Shown: positions 27,469-38,242 of the stretch, one piece after another
Layout: each line of letters begins with the position of its first letter
Position numbering within the stretch: the first letter of the stretch is position 1
NCBI GenBank assembly: GCA_002428935.1
Contig: DIYG01000026.1
Span: forward strand, 20,946-84,945
Length of the DNA: 64,000 bases
Direction of reading: 5' to 3'
Source of the DNA: Halieaceae bacterium UBA6060
Lineage (GTDB): Bacteria; Pseudomonadota; Gammaproteobacteria; Pseudomonadales; Halieaceae
Notes under the pieces: model-generated
The model's database searches: none
What the model was told of the DNA's origin: nothing
What the model saw: only the letters and a program-made list of their open reading frames with translations
Made by a program: the position numbers and the translations under genes

Positions 27469-29982
27469 TCATGGGGTATCTTGCCCGGTAACGGGCTCCC
27501 AGTGAAGGTCTCCCGCATAACGCACCACTATGGCTCCATCATCATACACCGCGAAGAGCTTGAGCCAGCCGTTGTCGGCCAGATGCCGCACATGCTCGTG
27601 GCGCTCCAAAATATCGTTAATGGCGGCTATGGGCGCCGCCAGAAACACGGATAGGCGCATGGGCTCGTGGACGGGTTTCTCGCCATTGTGCACCGACTGC
27701 AGGGGCAAACCCACCCGCAGATCGCCACCGTTACCCTCAAAGACACCAATGCTGGCGCCGACCACGTTATGGAGTGTTTTGTTGCCGCTGCCGAAACGCT
27801 GGTTATCGACCGTGGATCCGTAGTACTGGAGGCTAATCCAACTGGCCACCACCATGGGGGCGGTCATGATGAGTTCCAGCACACTAAAGTCTTTGTCTTC
27901 TCGATAATCGTAGGAGTGGAGAAAGCTCCGCCCACCGAGATCTAGCCGTTGGCTGAGTTCCCTCGGGGCAGCGATGAAGCCCGCGCAACCGGCCAGCCCC
28001 CACTCGGGACGCACATCGCTCCAGTCACGACTTTTCCGCAGCACCGCCGCGTGCACGTCTTCGTTCGGGGCCAGGGCGAGAAGCTGCCGGCGTTCGCCTC
28101 GCGCCAGGTTTCCGGCCTCAGCGAGATCACGGCGCAGTGCTTTAACAGCCTGGTAGTGGGAAGGAGGCATGCCGTCTTCATCAAAGAGCGAGAACTCGTC
28201 GGTGGTGGTGTTGTGGAGCGCCGCGACGAATACTGTGTCCTCAGGAATACCAAGCCCCCGCTCCGCTAAAGCCTCGCGCACCGCCGGGTTGTTGAGAATC
28301 AAAGCCGCGATACGTGCACTCGCTTCTCCCGTTTGCCCACCGCAGGCCCCACAGTCCAGACCCGCGCCATGGGCATTGTTAGTCGTTGTCGAGCCATGAC
28401 CGGCCAGAAGGACCAGGGGCGCAAAACCCTTGGTCAGGGACATGCCTCGCAAGATGGACTCGGCGAACTCAATCTGCCGATCCAGGCCCACCTCTTCCCC
28501 GCCGGTTAGGGAACGAAGTTGTGGTCCCAGGTCCCGCGCCAGGCGCGGGGGCAGGCCTCGATGACGAGGATGAGGTTCTGGTCTGGACAGACCCAGGCTG
28601 TGGGCGGCGAGCTTCAGCGCGTAGGCCAACCCATAGCTCTCGACAAACACGAAGCATGAGACCGCCGAGCTCCGAAAGGCGCGCCAACCATGGCTCAGTT
28701 GCCGCCGCAAACGCACGCGCCGAGACAGGCGTTCAGTAATGTCCTCGGGCTGGGCATGCACGGCCTCGCGCACGGCCAGCGCCGGCTCCAGCAGCACCGG
28801 ACAATGGGCCGGCCCGCGCTGCCCGTCTAGAGGGATGTATTCAACGGGTAAACCAAAGAAACCGGCGAAGCCCAGGGTCTCGATGCGGTCATTGACCGAC
28901 TCCAGCGCGCGACGGAACACCTCTGAGCGCACATCGATGCAAAATACGGCCTGGGCATCTGGCCGCCGCACGGCGGCCGAAGCCCCCCCACCGCGCAGGG
29001 CTGTTATGGCTCCCCGCTCCCAGGCTTGCTCATAGGCTTCGTGAATCAACAGCTTGAGCCATTCTTCACGCTCCAGAGGACGCTGCGTATCCGCCTGAGG
29101 AAGCGCAAGGTTGATCGCCCGACGCCAGGCAAGTTCCGCACCCTCATCGGTGTAGGCCCGGAGCAGCAAAAGCTCCCAGGCGAGGCGCACGGCCAACAGA
29201 TCGACGACGAATTCTGGGGCATTGCCCGCCAATTCTTGTTGCCAACTTTGGTAGCGGGCGTAGGCCACCCAACCACCGACGCTCATCAGCAAACGGTGCA
29301 GATACAGCTCGAGAAGAGACTCTGGCACCGCCAGTCGCTGCAATGCGTATTCACAAAGGGCCTCGGGGGAATCCGGTAACTGACCCAACTGCTCCTGGGC
29401 TCCGTGAAGACCGAGGATCGTATCGCTGCAATCGATAGCCGCTTCCTGCTTCCAGGCGCTGTAGGGCCGCAGATGGGCGAACGGTGATGGCCAACTCGCC
29501 TGACCCGCGTCGAAGTATCCCGCCGCCCAATGGGACACCCGCTCCAGCACCTGTCCCGACCAATCTTGGTCGCTGATCTGCCCACAAACCTCCGCGCAGT
29601 GAGGAAGGGCTTTGGATTCCGTGTCCACACCCGTCGTAAGATACTGTTGCAAATCATCCGCACGGAACTGCTCGCCCAGATCTCGCCGTGCAATAGCGGC
29701 CTGAAGATCTCCAGCGGTAATCCGCCCTTCCGCCAGAGCGTCGCGGTAAAACCCTACGGGCATCAGCATACGTCCATCACAAGCCAGGCTCACTCGACGA
29801 GAAGCAGCCTCAAAGCGCTCCTCGGCAAAGCCCAGAAATGGATTAACGGCAACAAACTGATCCAGGGGCCACAGGGGGGCAACGCGTTTGACCACCGACG
29901 CCACAGCTTCACGCACCGCGGGCTTAGCCGGCGGACGATTACCGGGGAGATGGCGAACAACAGCCGATTCTCGAATGGTCAT
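27469..29982 (-). CDS. dabA: DAB inorganic carbon pump subunit A (DUF2309/UPF0753, beta-CA-like)
   Basis: WPLDQFVAVNPF, zinc ligands FCIDVRSE / GHGS / LDCGACGG, RSRDW-like KSRDWSDVRPEWGL, SGNKTLHNV. Confidence 0.93.
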   Translation of the reverse strand: MTIRESAVVRHLPGNRPPAKPAVREAVASVVKRVAPLWPLDQFVAVNPFLGFAEERFEAASRRVSLACDGRMLMPVGFYRDALAEGRITAGDLQAAIARRDLGEQFRADDLQQYLTTGVDTESKALPHCAEVCGQISDQDWSGQVLERVSHWAAGYFDAGQASWPSPFAHLRPYSAWKQEAAIDCSDTILGLHGAQEQLGQLPDSPEALCEYALQRLAVPESLLELYLHRLLMSVGGWVAYARYQSWQQELAGNAPEFVVDLLAVRLAWELLLLRAYTDEGAELAWRRAINLALPQADTQRPLEREEWLKLLIHEAYEQAWERGAITALRGGGASAAVRRPDAQAVFCIDVRSEVFRRALESVNDRIETLGFAGFFGLPVEYIPLDGQRGPAHCPVLLEPALAVREAVHAQPEDITERLSRRVRLRRQLSHGWRAFRSSAVSCFVFVESYGLAYALKLAAHSLGLSRPEPHPRHRGLPPRLARDLGPQLRSLTGGEEVGLDRQIEFAESILRGMSLTKGFAPLVLLAGHGSTTTNNAHGAGLDCGACGGQTGEASARIAALILNNPAVREALAERGLGIPEDTVFVAALHNTTTDEFSLFDEDGMPPSHYQAVKALRRDLAEAGNLARGERRQLLALAPNEDVHAAVLRKSRDWSDVRPEWGLAGCAGFIAAPRELSQRLDLGGRSFLHSYDYREDKDFSVLELIMTAPMVVASWISLQYYGSTVDNQRFGSGNKTLHNVVGASIGVFEGNGGDLRVGLPLQSVHNGEKPVHEPMRLSVFLAAPIAAINDILERHEHVRHLADNGWLKLFAVYDDGAIVVRYAGDLHWEPVTGQDTP

Positions 29983-30002
29983 GGGTAGATCTCCTCGATG
30001 AC

Positions 30003-31574
30003 TCAGCGAGACGCCCGCGACTCGACGTCGCTTAGCGCCATGAACTGATTGATGAGTTGATTGATGTAGAAACCGTTGGACAGGTGGACCCAGAAAGCCT
30101 GCCAGCGCCGATTACCTTCGGCGGCGGGCAGATACCACTGCAAGGCGGTAATGCCGCCAAAGGCCAGCAACACAAATCCCATGAGCAAGACCTGTATCGA
30201 ATTCAAGGGCCCCGCCGCCGGTACCGCTGTCTCAAAAACCACGGCTGCCAGCGCCTGCAAGGTGAAATAGAGTCCGGCCACTACCGTGGCCGTGGTCGCC
30301 GCCCGCGCGAGCACCAGGAAAGAAGGTGCTTCCCGCCCCGACTGGATAAGCAGGTGCATGGCTCCCAGGACTAAGATGGCGCCGAGGCCGACAATGGCGG
30401 GCTTGTTCGCCAGGGTCATGCCCATCCAATTGCTCCAGGTGAAGAAGATGACACTGGCAATGCCCAGGCTCGCCAGCACCAGGGGAAGGCGAACCGCTGG
30501 TGACGGCTCTGCCGCCGCACGACCCCGAGCCATGTCAACAACACTGCCCGAGGACAGAAACGCGTGCGCCTTGTACAGGGAGTGGGCGATGATATGGAGC
30601 TGCGCCGATGCAAAGGCACCAAGGCCACACTGCAATAGCATGAACCCCATCTGAGCCACGGTGGAATAAGCGAGTGCCCCTTTGATGGTTCGCTGCGTCA
30701 TCATCACCAGGGAGCCGAATAGTGCCGTTAAACCGCCGACAAGGAGCAACAAATACAGCGCCGGCCCCTGGGTAACGATCACGTCCGCGAAACGGATAAT
30801 CAGAAATCCCCCGGCATTGACGATTCCCGCATGGAGCAGCGCTGATACGGGTGTGGGTGCCTCCATGACCTCAGCCAACCAGCCGTGGGTGGGGAATTGG
30901 GCAGATTTGAGTATCGCCGCAAGCACCAGAAACAATGCCGGTGCGGTCAAAGGTGGTGCCTTTGGATTCGCCGCCAGCTCCGCGATGACGGCAATGTCAG
31001 CGGTACCCGTGCGCAGCACCAGCAACAGAGCCGCCAGAGCCAGGGCCAGGTCGCCGCAGCGGGCAAGAAAAAACTTTTTCCGCGCCGCCAGATGAGCCCG
31101 TGGACGATCGGGGTAGAACAACAGCAGGCGATGAAGGGAAAGACTCATGGCCACCCAGGCCGCAAGCAACAGCCAAACGCTGCCGGCGACGACGAGCAGG
31201 GACACGCTGGCCAGGGTTTGGCAAAGATAGGAGAGAAATGCGGCCTGGCGAGGGTCGCCACTGAGATAGCCGTGGCTGAAGCGAACCACAACAGTGCCGA
31301 CAAAGCTGATCAAGGAAACCATGGCAATGCTGACGGCGTCGATGCGCAAAAGCAGAAGCTGCCCAGCGACACCAGGAGCCTGCAGGCTCTGGGGACCCTG
31401 AAGGACAAGAACCCCGATGCAAGTCATCGCGCCAAGCAGGGCCAGCAAGCCCCCACCAATACTGGCCGTGCGCGCGGCCTGCTGACGATAGTCGTGCCCA
31501 GGTCGGCTCAATAATCCGCCCACCAGCCATGCGAGGGCTGGGGCGAGAGCCAGTAGGCCGAGGGAAACCGCCAT
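30003..31574 (-). CDS. dabB: DAB pump membrane subunit B (NuoL/ND5-like proton-conducting transporter)
   Basis: KSAQFPTHGWLAEVMEAPTPVSALLHAG, LAYSTVAQMGFM and HSLYKAHAFL; directly upstream of dabA. Confidence 0.9.
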   Translation of the reverse strand: MAVSLGLLALAPALAWLVGGLLSRPGHDYRQQAARTASIGGGLLALLGAMTCIGVLVLQGPQSLQAPGVAGQLLLLRIDAVSIAMVSLISFVGTVVVRFSHGYLSGDPRQAAFLSYLCQTLASVSLLVVAGSVWLLLAAWVAMSLSLHRLLLFYPDRPRAHLAARKKFFLARCGDLALALAALLLVLRTGTADIAVIAELAANPKAPPLTAPALFLVLAAILKSAQFPTHGWLAEVMEAPTPVSALLHAGIVNAGGFLIIRFADVIVTQGPALYLLLLVGGLTALFGSLVMMTQRTIKGALAYSTVAQMGFMLLQCGLGAFASAQLHIIAHSLYKAHAFLSSGSVVDMARGRAAAEPSPAVRLPLVLASLGIASVIFFTWSNWMGMTLANKPAIVGLGAILVLGAMHLLIQSGREAPSFLVLARAATTATVVAGLYFTLQALAAVVFETAVPAAGPLNSIQVLLMGFVLLAFGGITALQWYLPAAEGNRRWQAFWVHLSNGFYINQLINQFMALSDVESRASR

Positions 31575-31706
31575 GATTCAACTACTCTGAACAGGTCTGG
31601 CGGCACTCTACGAAAATACGGCTCCAATAAATAATTGAATCTTTTAACGCTTTATTTAAACTTATATTAACTAAAGATAATTGAAATCACTTGATATACT
31701 CTTCCT
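31575..31706. promoter_or_regulatory. AT-rich divergent promoter region between dabB and the LysR gene
   Basis: Strongly AT-rich; ATAATTGAA occurs twice (about 31631 and 31678). Typical setting for LysR T-N11-A boxes. Confidence 0.55.
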
Positions 31707-32606
31707 ATGCCGCTGAATTACAAGCATTTAAAGTACTTTTGGACCGTCGCCCACGAGGGCAGCCTCGCGCGAGCATCGGAAGTCCTCCACGTGTCGGCGC
31801 CCGCTTTATCCGTGCAAATCCAAACCCTGGAGGACCAACTCGGCCACGCCCTTTTCGATCGCAAGGGACGTCAGCTGGTCATCAATGAGGCAGGCCGCGT
31901 TGCCCTCGACTACGCTGACACCATCTTCACCGCCGGCCAAGATCTCGTAGGCACCCTCAATGGCCTGGATGCTAGAGCAAGACAGGTGATTCGCGTGGGT
32001 GCCATAGCAACGCTCTCCAGAAACTTTCAGGTCGCTTTTCTCAAGCCTCTGCTCCAGCGGGAAGACATCGACATCATCGTTCGCTCCGACGGCTTAAACG
32101 TACTATTGGAGGAGCTAGAAGCGCTCCAGGTAGATGTGGTGCTGGTCAACTCACCGCCAACGGTGAGCCATGATATGCCCTGGCTCGCCCACCTTATTGA
32201 CGACCAGCCCGTCAGCCTTGTGGGTTCTCCAGAACGAGTCCGTCCTGATGACGATGTGCGGGAGCTCATCGCCAGCCAACCCCTGATCTTGCCCTCTACC
32301 GCCACGGGAATTCGTAACAGCTTCGATGCCTGGCTGGATCGCGAGGGATTAAAGCCGCGCATCGTCGCCGAAGTCGACGATATGGCCATGATTCGCCTGC
32401 TTACCCGCGCCGATCACGGTGTAGCCGTGGTCCCTCCTATCGTGGTTCGCGACGAACTGGATAGTGGGAGGCTGGTGGAAGCGGAGCATTTTGACGCCTT
32501 GCGGGAGACCTTTTACGCCATCACCCTTAAGCGGCGCTTCGAAAACCCCCTGGTTCGCGCCGTATTGGACGAACACTACAAATCGGATCAATCCTCCTCG
32601 GCATAA
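31707..32606 (+). CDS. LysR family regulator (NhaR-like), probable dabBA regulator
   Basis: LNYKHLKYFWTVAHEGSLARASEVLHVSAPALSVQI HTH; divergent from dabB. Confidence 0.9.
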   Translation: MPLNYKHLKYFWTVAHEGSLARASEVLHVSAPALSVQIQTLEDQLGHALFDRKGRQLVINEAGRVALDYADTIFTAGQDLVGTLNGLDARARQVIRVGAIATLSRNFQVAFLKPLLQREDIDIIVRSDGLNVLLEELEALQVDVVLVNSPPTVSHDMPWLAHLIDDQPVSLVGSPERVRPDDDVRELIASQPLILPSTATGIRNSFDAWLDREGLKPRIVAEVDDMAMIRLLTRADHGVAVVPPIVVRDELDSGRLVEAEHFDALRETFYAITLKRRFENPLVRAVLDEHYKSDQSSSA

Positions 32607-33094
32607 ACAGGCTCGCAGCGTCCGTAATACTGGGAGGGCCGCAACTCGCCCAAGCTGCCAATCATGGCGTGTCGGCTGTGCACGCTGCGATACAAATCGC
32701 TCTCATCGAATGCATCAAACACGATGATGGTGACGTTAAGCCCCTCGTTTCCCGTGGTTTGAAACAAGGTCAAATGACGCTGGGCGAAGCGAAGCTCTAG
32801 CTCTGCCGAGAACTCACCCCGGAGCATGCTCGCCGTATTCGCCTCGCGATCGATGGTAAAACGAAATTCCAGAGGTTCCGCCGCATCACGCAGACCCTTC
32901 TCCGGACCCGCTACCTGCGGATATCGACAGTCGAGCTGAACCGGCGCGGCCTCAAGGGGTAGCGTAAAGGCAAAGGCCAGCGACGAAAGCAAGGCCGCGA
33001 GACCCGGACAAGCTTGCCGGGATTTCCGTACCCCGAGGTTAGGTGGGCACAGGTTTAGCTTTGGTGGGGTGACGTAAGGACGCTGATCTGACAT
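32588..33094 (-). CDS. Hypothetical exported protein
   Basis: Signal-like segment ending ..PLEA; C-terminal HSRH...PSQYYGRC. Start uncertain. Confidence 0.65.
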   Translation of the reverse strand: MSDQRPYVTPPKLNLCPPNLGVRKSRQACPGLAALLSSLAFAFTLPLEAAPVQLDCRYPQVAGPEKGLRDAAEPLEFRFTIDREANTASMLRGEFSAELELRFAQRHLTLFQTTGNEGLNVTIIVFDAFDESDLYRSVHSRHAMIGSLGELRPSQYYGRCEPVYAEED

Positions 33095-33223
33095 GGGCTC
33101 CTCCTAAGCCACAGGCTACACCCGTGGGCCGCCGCAACGAATGAGACTTTCGAAGGAGGTGTACGGAACGGAAGGAGGAGACGCAAGGGGTCGATCTAGA
33201 ACGACCGACCCCTCAAGACTGTC

Positions 33224-34303
33224 TCAGGCCGCGTCGTCGGTCTGCAAGGCGCCGCGGCGGAGTTGATCGCGCTCCATGGATTCGAACAGGGCCTGGAAGT
33301 TGCCTTCGCCAAAGCCCTCATCCTCCTTGCGCTGAATAAACTCGAAGAAAATCGGCCCGATAAGCGTTTCGGAGAAGATCTGCAGGAGCAGACGCGGCTC
33401 CCCATCGGTGGTGCCGTCAAGAAGAATACCGCGCGCCTGGAGTTCACCGGTGGGTTCTCCGTGGCCGGGCAGACGCTCCTCAAGCATTTCATAGTAGGTG
33501 GCCGGCGGAGGCGTCATGAAGGGTACCCCCAGTGCTTTCAATCGATCCCAACAGGCCAGGAGATCGTCACAGGCAAAAGCGATGTGTTGAATACCTTCGC
33601 CGTTGTAGGCCAGTAGGTACTCCTCGATCTGACCACCTGAACCGCCCTCCTCGTTCAAGGGAATACGAATCTTGCCATCGGGAGCCGTCATGGCCCGGGA
33701 CTTGAGCCCGGTGTATTCGCCCTTGATATCGAAGAAGCGAATTTCCCGGAAGTTAAACAGCTTCTCGTAATAACCGGCCCAGTAGTCCATGCGACCGCGA
33801 TACACGTTGTGGGTAAGGTGATCAATGGTATGGAAACCACAACCCTCGGGATGGCGCTCAACGCCGTCGAGGAACACAAAATCGATGTCGTAGATTGAAG
33901 AGCCTTCCTCATAGCGGTCTATGAGATACAGAATCGCGCCTCCGATACCACGGATCGCCGGAAGCTTCAGCTCCATGGGCCCGCAGGGAATATCGATGGG
34001 TTGAGCACCGTTCTCCAGGGCGAGCTTGTAGGCCGCCGCCGCGTCGCGGACACGAAACGCCATACCGCAGGCGCTGGGTCCATGCTCTTGCGTGTAGAAA
34101 CCTGCGGGCGATGCCTTCTCGTAGTTGACGATAAAGTTGATGTCGCCCTGGCGCCATAGATCCACGTCCTTGGTCTTGTGATGGGCAACGTGGGTAAACC
34201 CCATCATTTTGAAAGTGGGCTCAATAACACCGCGCTCCACCGCCGCGAACTCTACAAATTCAAAGCCGTCCAGGCCCATGGGGTTTTCAAAGAGGTCTGC
34301 CAT
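33224..34303 (-). CDS. hppD: 4-hydroxyphenylpyruvate dioxygenase
   Basis: [33 protein letters not shown] and [16 protein letters not shown]. Confidence 0.97.
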   Translation of the reverse strand: MADLFENPMGLDGFEFVEFAAVERGVIEPTFKMMGFTHVAHHKTKDVDLWRQGDINFIVNYEKASPAGFYTQEHGPSACGMAFRVRDAAAAYKLALENGAQPIDIPCGPMELKLPAIRGIGGAILYLIDRYEEGSSIYDIDFVFLDGVERHPEGCGFHTIDHLTHNVYRGRMDYWAGYYEKLFNFREIRFFDIKGEYTGLKSRAMTAPDGKIRIPLNEEGGSGGQIEEYLLAYNGEGIQHIAFACDDLLACWDRLKALGVPFMTPPPATYYEMLEERLPGHGEPTGELQARGILLDGTTDGEPRLLLQIFSETLIGPIFFEFIQRKEDEGFGEGNFQALFESMERDQLRRGALQTDDAA

Positions 34304-34446
34304 CGTCGGTCTCCCGCTGAAGATTTGAAGTTATGGGGTTTAGGGTAGCGTCTATACTGAGGCAGATTCGTGCTTTCTATTGCGCAGTTTTATGCTTATA
34401 GGCAATTATATGGCTCATATTGTTGTCTTTTAGACGGATACCACCT

Positions 34447-34911
34447 ATGAATCTCGACCGCACTGACCGAAGGATTCTCGCCGCCTTGCAATCCGAGGGG
34501 CGAATCAGCAACGTTGAACTCGCCGAGCGTGTGGATCTATCCGAGTCCCCCTGCTTGCGTCGGGTCCGGGCCCTGGAGGAAGAAGGCATCATCGCCGCCT
34601 ACCGGGCGACGCTCGATCAACGCCGCATAGGGCTAACGGTAACCGCATTTGTCCAGGTACAACTCGAGAAGCACGATGATCGCAAGACCAGAGCGTTTCT
34701 GGACAGCGTCGCCAATGAAGAGCACATCGTGGCCTGCCACGCCATGAGCGGCGCCTACGATTATTTGCTCAAGGTCGTAGCCCGAAGCATGGACCATTTT
34801 TCAGAGATTGCCATGCGCGGCATCCTCCGTTTTCCCGGCGTCAAAGACATCGAGTCGAGCTTTAGTCTGCAGACGGTTAAGCAGGATGCGCCGCTGCCGG
34901 TGGAGAGCTAG
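34447..34911 (+). CDS. Lrp/AsnC family regulator, divergent from hppD
   Basis: LDRTDRRILAALQSEGRISNVELAERVDLSESPCLRRVRALE. Confidence 0.93.
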   Translation: MNLDRTDRRILAALQSEGRISNVELAERVDLSESPCLRRVRALEEEGIIAAYRATLDQRRIGLTVTAFVQVQLEKHDDRKTRAFLDSVANEEHIVACHAMSGAYDYLLKVVARSMDHFSEIAMRGILRFPGVKDIESSFSLQTVKQDAPLPVES

Positions 34912-34958
34912 ATTCAACCATTGGAGCTATACAGCGAAAGAGTGTGCTCCCGGTAAAC

Positions 34959-34995
34959 AAAAAAAACCCGCACCGGACTATCCGATGCGGGCTTT
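34959..34995 (-). terminator. Rho-independent terminator downstream of the TonB receptor gene
   Basis: Minus strand reads gcccgcatcgga-tag-tccggtgcggg followed by a T8 tract. Confidence 0.8.
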
Positions 34996-35011
34996 GCGTT
35001 TCGACCAACGC

Positions 35012-38000
35012 TTAGAAACGGACGGACAAACCTACCCGAAGTTCCCAGAGAGAACGCTCTTCTTGCACGTCGTTGATGTTCCGGTCCGTGAAGCTCTCAA
35101 AGACATAACGCCCCTGATCATCAATCGATGAATCGACGACCTGCTGCGAGAAGAATTGAGCTTGCGTCTGCACGCCCCAATCATCGTTGAGCATGTTAAG
35201 GAAGTTATAGACCTTGATGTAGCCAACACCTTTGATGTCGTTATAGATCGGAAATTCCTGATCAAGACGTAGGTCTAAACGATAGCTCCAGTCGGCGAAC
35301 TCTTCATTACGTTTGGTAAAGCCGGTGCTGAGACCTTCGCGACGACGCCATGCATCGAAAGCGTCGTAATCAAAAGAGTCAGCGAAAACGACCGCCGGAT
35401 CATCAGGCCCCGTGGGCACGTAAAGCAAGTGACGACCGAAGAAACCGTCGCCTTCCAGATCTTGAGAACCCATTACGTAGCTTTGCGGCTGACCTTCTTG
35501 CCAGAAGCTGTACAGCGAGAAACGAGTTTCATTGTCGCCAAAGAACTTCTGGCGATAGTTCAAGCGGAAGGTGAAGCGATGGGGAATCACGTAGTTGCTG
35601 GTGGCAGCGGCCGGTTCGACGATGTCATTCAGAGCCACATTGCCGAAGTTTGAAGCTGCCACAGAGGAAGTCATGGGGCTCACATCTTCCGCATCCGTGT
35701 AGGCGTATCCAAACAGGAAGTCCACACCATTGTCGAAGAACTTGCGCACGCTAACGCTGAAGACGTGTGCTTCTGGATTCTGATTGGAGTTCGTCAACAT
35801 GTAGTTCTCTTCGCCAAGACCATCTACGAAGTCGTAGATAGGTTGACCCAGAACCGTCGTACCCACCTGCTGCTGAGAAACATCAACGTAATAGGCTACG
35901 TCTTCACCGCGGGTATAAAGATAGTCCGCATCGATTATGTAGCCGTTCCAGTCGTAGGTCGCTCCAAGGGAGAACTTCCATTCCGATGGTTGCTCGTAAT
36001 CAGGATCAACCAGAGCAAGGAAGGAATCACTGGCGTCTTCATCGGATACGGCGAGCACGTCATCTACTAGAGACTGAGGAACATCATAGCCCGGGCGCTG
36101 CTCACGACTGAGATCTAAGGAATCCTCGGAACCTGGCAGAATCGTCGCGCTACTGTCGAAGTTCCGGAGCTGGAACTGGGCGTTAGAGATACCGTCGTTG
36201 GAGTAAGAATTACTCAGCCAAACGTTGGGGTTACCGCCGGAGTACAGACCAAAACCTCCTCGAATGGTGAGGTCATCATTGTAATCCCAGGTGACGCCGA
36301 CACGAGGCATGAACAGATCCGTTCCATCAATGGTCTCGTCATTTCGGAACCCGTAGGCATCAGAAAACGCCTGGTTGAACCGAGGAGCATCGTCAGTCTC
36401 CCACCACTCGTAGCGCAGTCCAACGGTTACGTTGATATCGTCGCCGATAGAGAAGTCATCCTGAATAAACACGGCATTAAGCGTGTTAGTGAAACTCGCT
36501 GCGGCATCATTTGGATCGTTGGTTCCGCCACCGCTGCCGTAGTAGATCCGGCTGGGACGACCTAGTTCAAACTTGTCCAATCCCGTGGTGCCACACTCTG
36601 CGTTATCAAAACGTCCCTGAGCGTCCAACGCCGCACAGAAATCTGGGTTGCCCGCGGAGTCATCGAAGTAGTCGTACTCGCCGCCATTGGAGTGCTGCAC
36701 AAAGAGATTAAAAACATCCAGCTCTTCACGATGGTAGCCGAAGGTTATGTTGTGATCGTTGAACAGATACTGGGCGTTAAGGCGGAAATACGTTGCATCG
36801 TAGTTCAGATCGTTGGCCTGACGAGAATCGTCGGCACCGAGATAAATTGTGTTTCGGTCGATATCGGAGATCTGATGATCGCCAAAGTCCAGTGGGCCCA
36901 CGGTCACCTGGCTATCGTTCTGCTCTTGGGTACCGATGAACAAATCTGTGGAGAAGTTATTGGTCCACTGGCTCGACAGGAAGCCTGAGAACGTCGTGTT
37001 CTCGTCACCCTTCACGTAGTAGTGATTTTCGAACTCGAATTCGTTGTCGTCGCTATCGGAAGCACGATCCTGGAAACCTTCGTAGTAGTTGTAAACAAAG
37101 GAGGCTTGGTGGGTTTCGTTTATATTCCAATCAACCCGGGCGAAATACTTCTCACCTTCCTGTGAGCCGTCACCAGGTAGGCCGCCCGGATCATAGTTGT
37201 AGGTATTTTGAGCAATATCGCGCACACGGTTGAAATCACTTTCGCTCAACCACGGACGCTCTTCGCCACTTCCGGAACCCGCAAAGCCCTGGGCAAGAAA
37301 TCTCGGGACTTCCTGCTTCTCGTAGGCAAAGCTAACGAAAAGCGTGTCTTTAATCAGAGGGCCCTGACCAGAGAAGCCGTAAAACTTCTCTTCGTAGGGA
37401 TCGATGTTGAAAGGAACTCCCTCAACTTCGTCGCCACGTAAGCTGTCGTCGGTGTACTCGTAAAAGGCACTACCGTGCCACTCGTTCCCGCCGCGCTTGG
37501 TTACCGCGTTGATGTTACAGGCGGAGAATCCGCCATAGCGAACGTCAAAGGGAGCGATCTCAACCGCTACCTGCTCTACCGCATCAAAGGGGAAAGGCAT
37601 CCCCGTCGCGGTGCCATAACCGTTGTCGTTCAAACCAAACTGATCGCTGTAGCGAACGCCATCGAGAGTTGTGGTGTTGAAGCGAGGACTTTTTCCGGTG
37701 CAGTTAACAGCACCTTCGTCGCCTTGGACATTGATACGCGGATCCATGGCGAATACGTCTTTGATATCTCGATCGAAGGCAACGGCGCTTTCGAGATCTT
37801 CAATTCCAAAGTTAGCTGAAGGACCCGGCGCTACGTCAAACGTCTGCGCCTGGCCCAGCACGATAACCTCCTCGATAGCACTGGCTCCACCCACAACTAA
37901 TGGCAGCTCGTAAGCACCACCCAGGGATATCGATTGCACAGTGGTTTGCTTCACCCCATTTACGCTTACAGCGTAGGGGCCACCAACGGCAAGGTTACGG

Positions 38001-38242
38001 ATAGAGTAGGTGCCACTCTCGTTGGCTCTCGTGGTACGGCGGGTACCAGAGCGCTCGTCGACCACCAAGATTTCAGCTCCAGCAGCGGGGTTTCCCTGCG
38101 CATCAACCACTCGACCGGTGATCTCCGCTGACTGTTGCTGGGCGTAAGCGGCGACCGGCAGCATAGCTACGCCGGCTGTGCTCGCAGCAATCGCACTGAC
38201 AAGAGCTTTTCGTACAAATACCTGACTAAGTGACTTCTTCAA
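35012..38242 (-). CDS. TonB-dependent receptor, Oar-like, with N-terminal carboxypeptidase-regulatory-like domain
   Basis: Signal peptide, ITGRVVDAQG..AAGA, plug motif GGFSACNINAVTKRGGN and C-terminal LSVRF. Confidence 0.92.
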   Translation of the reverse strand: MKKSLSQVFVRKALVSAIAASTAGVAMLPVAAYAQQQSAEITGRVVDAQGNPAAGAEILVVDERSGTRRTTRANESGTYSIRNLAVGGPYAVSVNGVKQTTVQSISLGGAYELPLVVGGASAIEEVIVLGQAQTFDVAPGPSANFGIEDLESAVAFDRDIKDVFAMDPRINVQGDEGAVNCTGKSPRFNTTTLDGVRYSDQFGLNDNGYGTATGMPFPFDAVEQVAVEIAPFDVRYGGFSACNINAVTKRGGNEWHGSAFYEYTDDSLRGDEVEGVPFNIDPYEEKFYGFSGQGPLIKDTLFVSFAYEKQEVPRFLAQGFAGSGSGEERPWLSESDFNRVRDIAQNTYNYDPGGLPGDGSQEGEKYFARVDWNINETHQASFVYNYYEGFQDRASDSDDNEFEFENHYYVKGDENTTFSGFLSSQWTNNFSTDLFIGTQEQNDSQVTVGPLDFGDHQISDIDRNTIYLGADDSRQANDLNYDATYFRLNAQYLFNDHNITFGYHREELDVFNLFVQHSNGGEYDYFDDSAGNPDFCAALDAQGRFDNAECGTTGLDKFELGRPSRIYYGSGGGTNDPNDAAASFTNTLNAVFIQDDFSIGDDINVTVGLRYEWWETDDAPRFNQAFSDAYGFRNDETIDGTDLFMPRVGVTWDYNDDLTIRGGFGLYSGGNPNVWLSNSYSNDGISNAQFQLRNFDSSATILPGSEDSLDLSREQRPGYDVPQSLVDDVLAVSDEDASDSFLALVDPDYEQPSEWKFSLGATYDWNGYIIDADYLYTRGEDVAYYVDVSQQQVGTTVLGQPIYDFVDGLGEENYMLTNSNQNPEAHVFSVSVRKFFDNGVDFLFGYAYTDAEDVSPMTSSVAASNFGNVALNDIVEPAAATSNYVIPHRFTFRLNYRQKFFGDNETRFSLYSFWQEGQPQSYVMGSQDLEGDGFFGRHLLYVPTGPDDPAVVFADSFDYDAFDAWRRREGLSTGFTKRNEEFADWSYRLDLRLDQEFPIYNDIKGVGYIKVYNFLNMLNDDWGVQTQAQFFSQQVVDSSIDDQGRYVFESFTDRNINDVQEERSLWELRVGLSVRF

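Noticed and set aside
30003-31574. Calling dabB a complex I (nuoL) or Mrp antiporter subunit
   Set aside because: No other nuo or mrp genes are present, and it is paired with DUF2309, the DAB hallmark.
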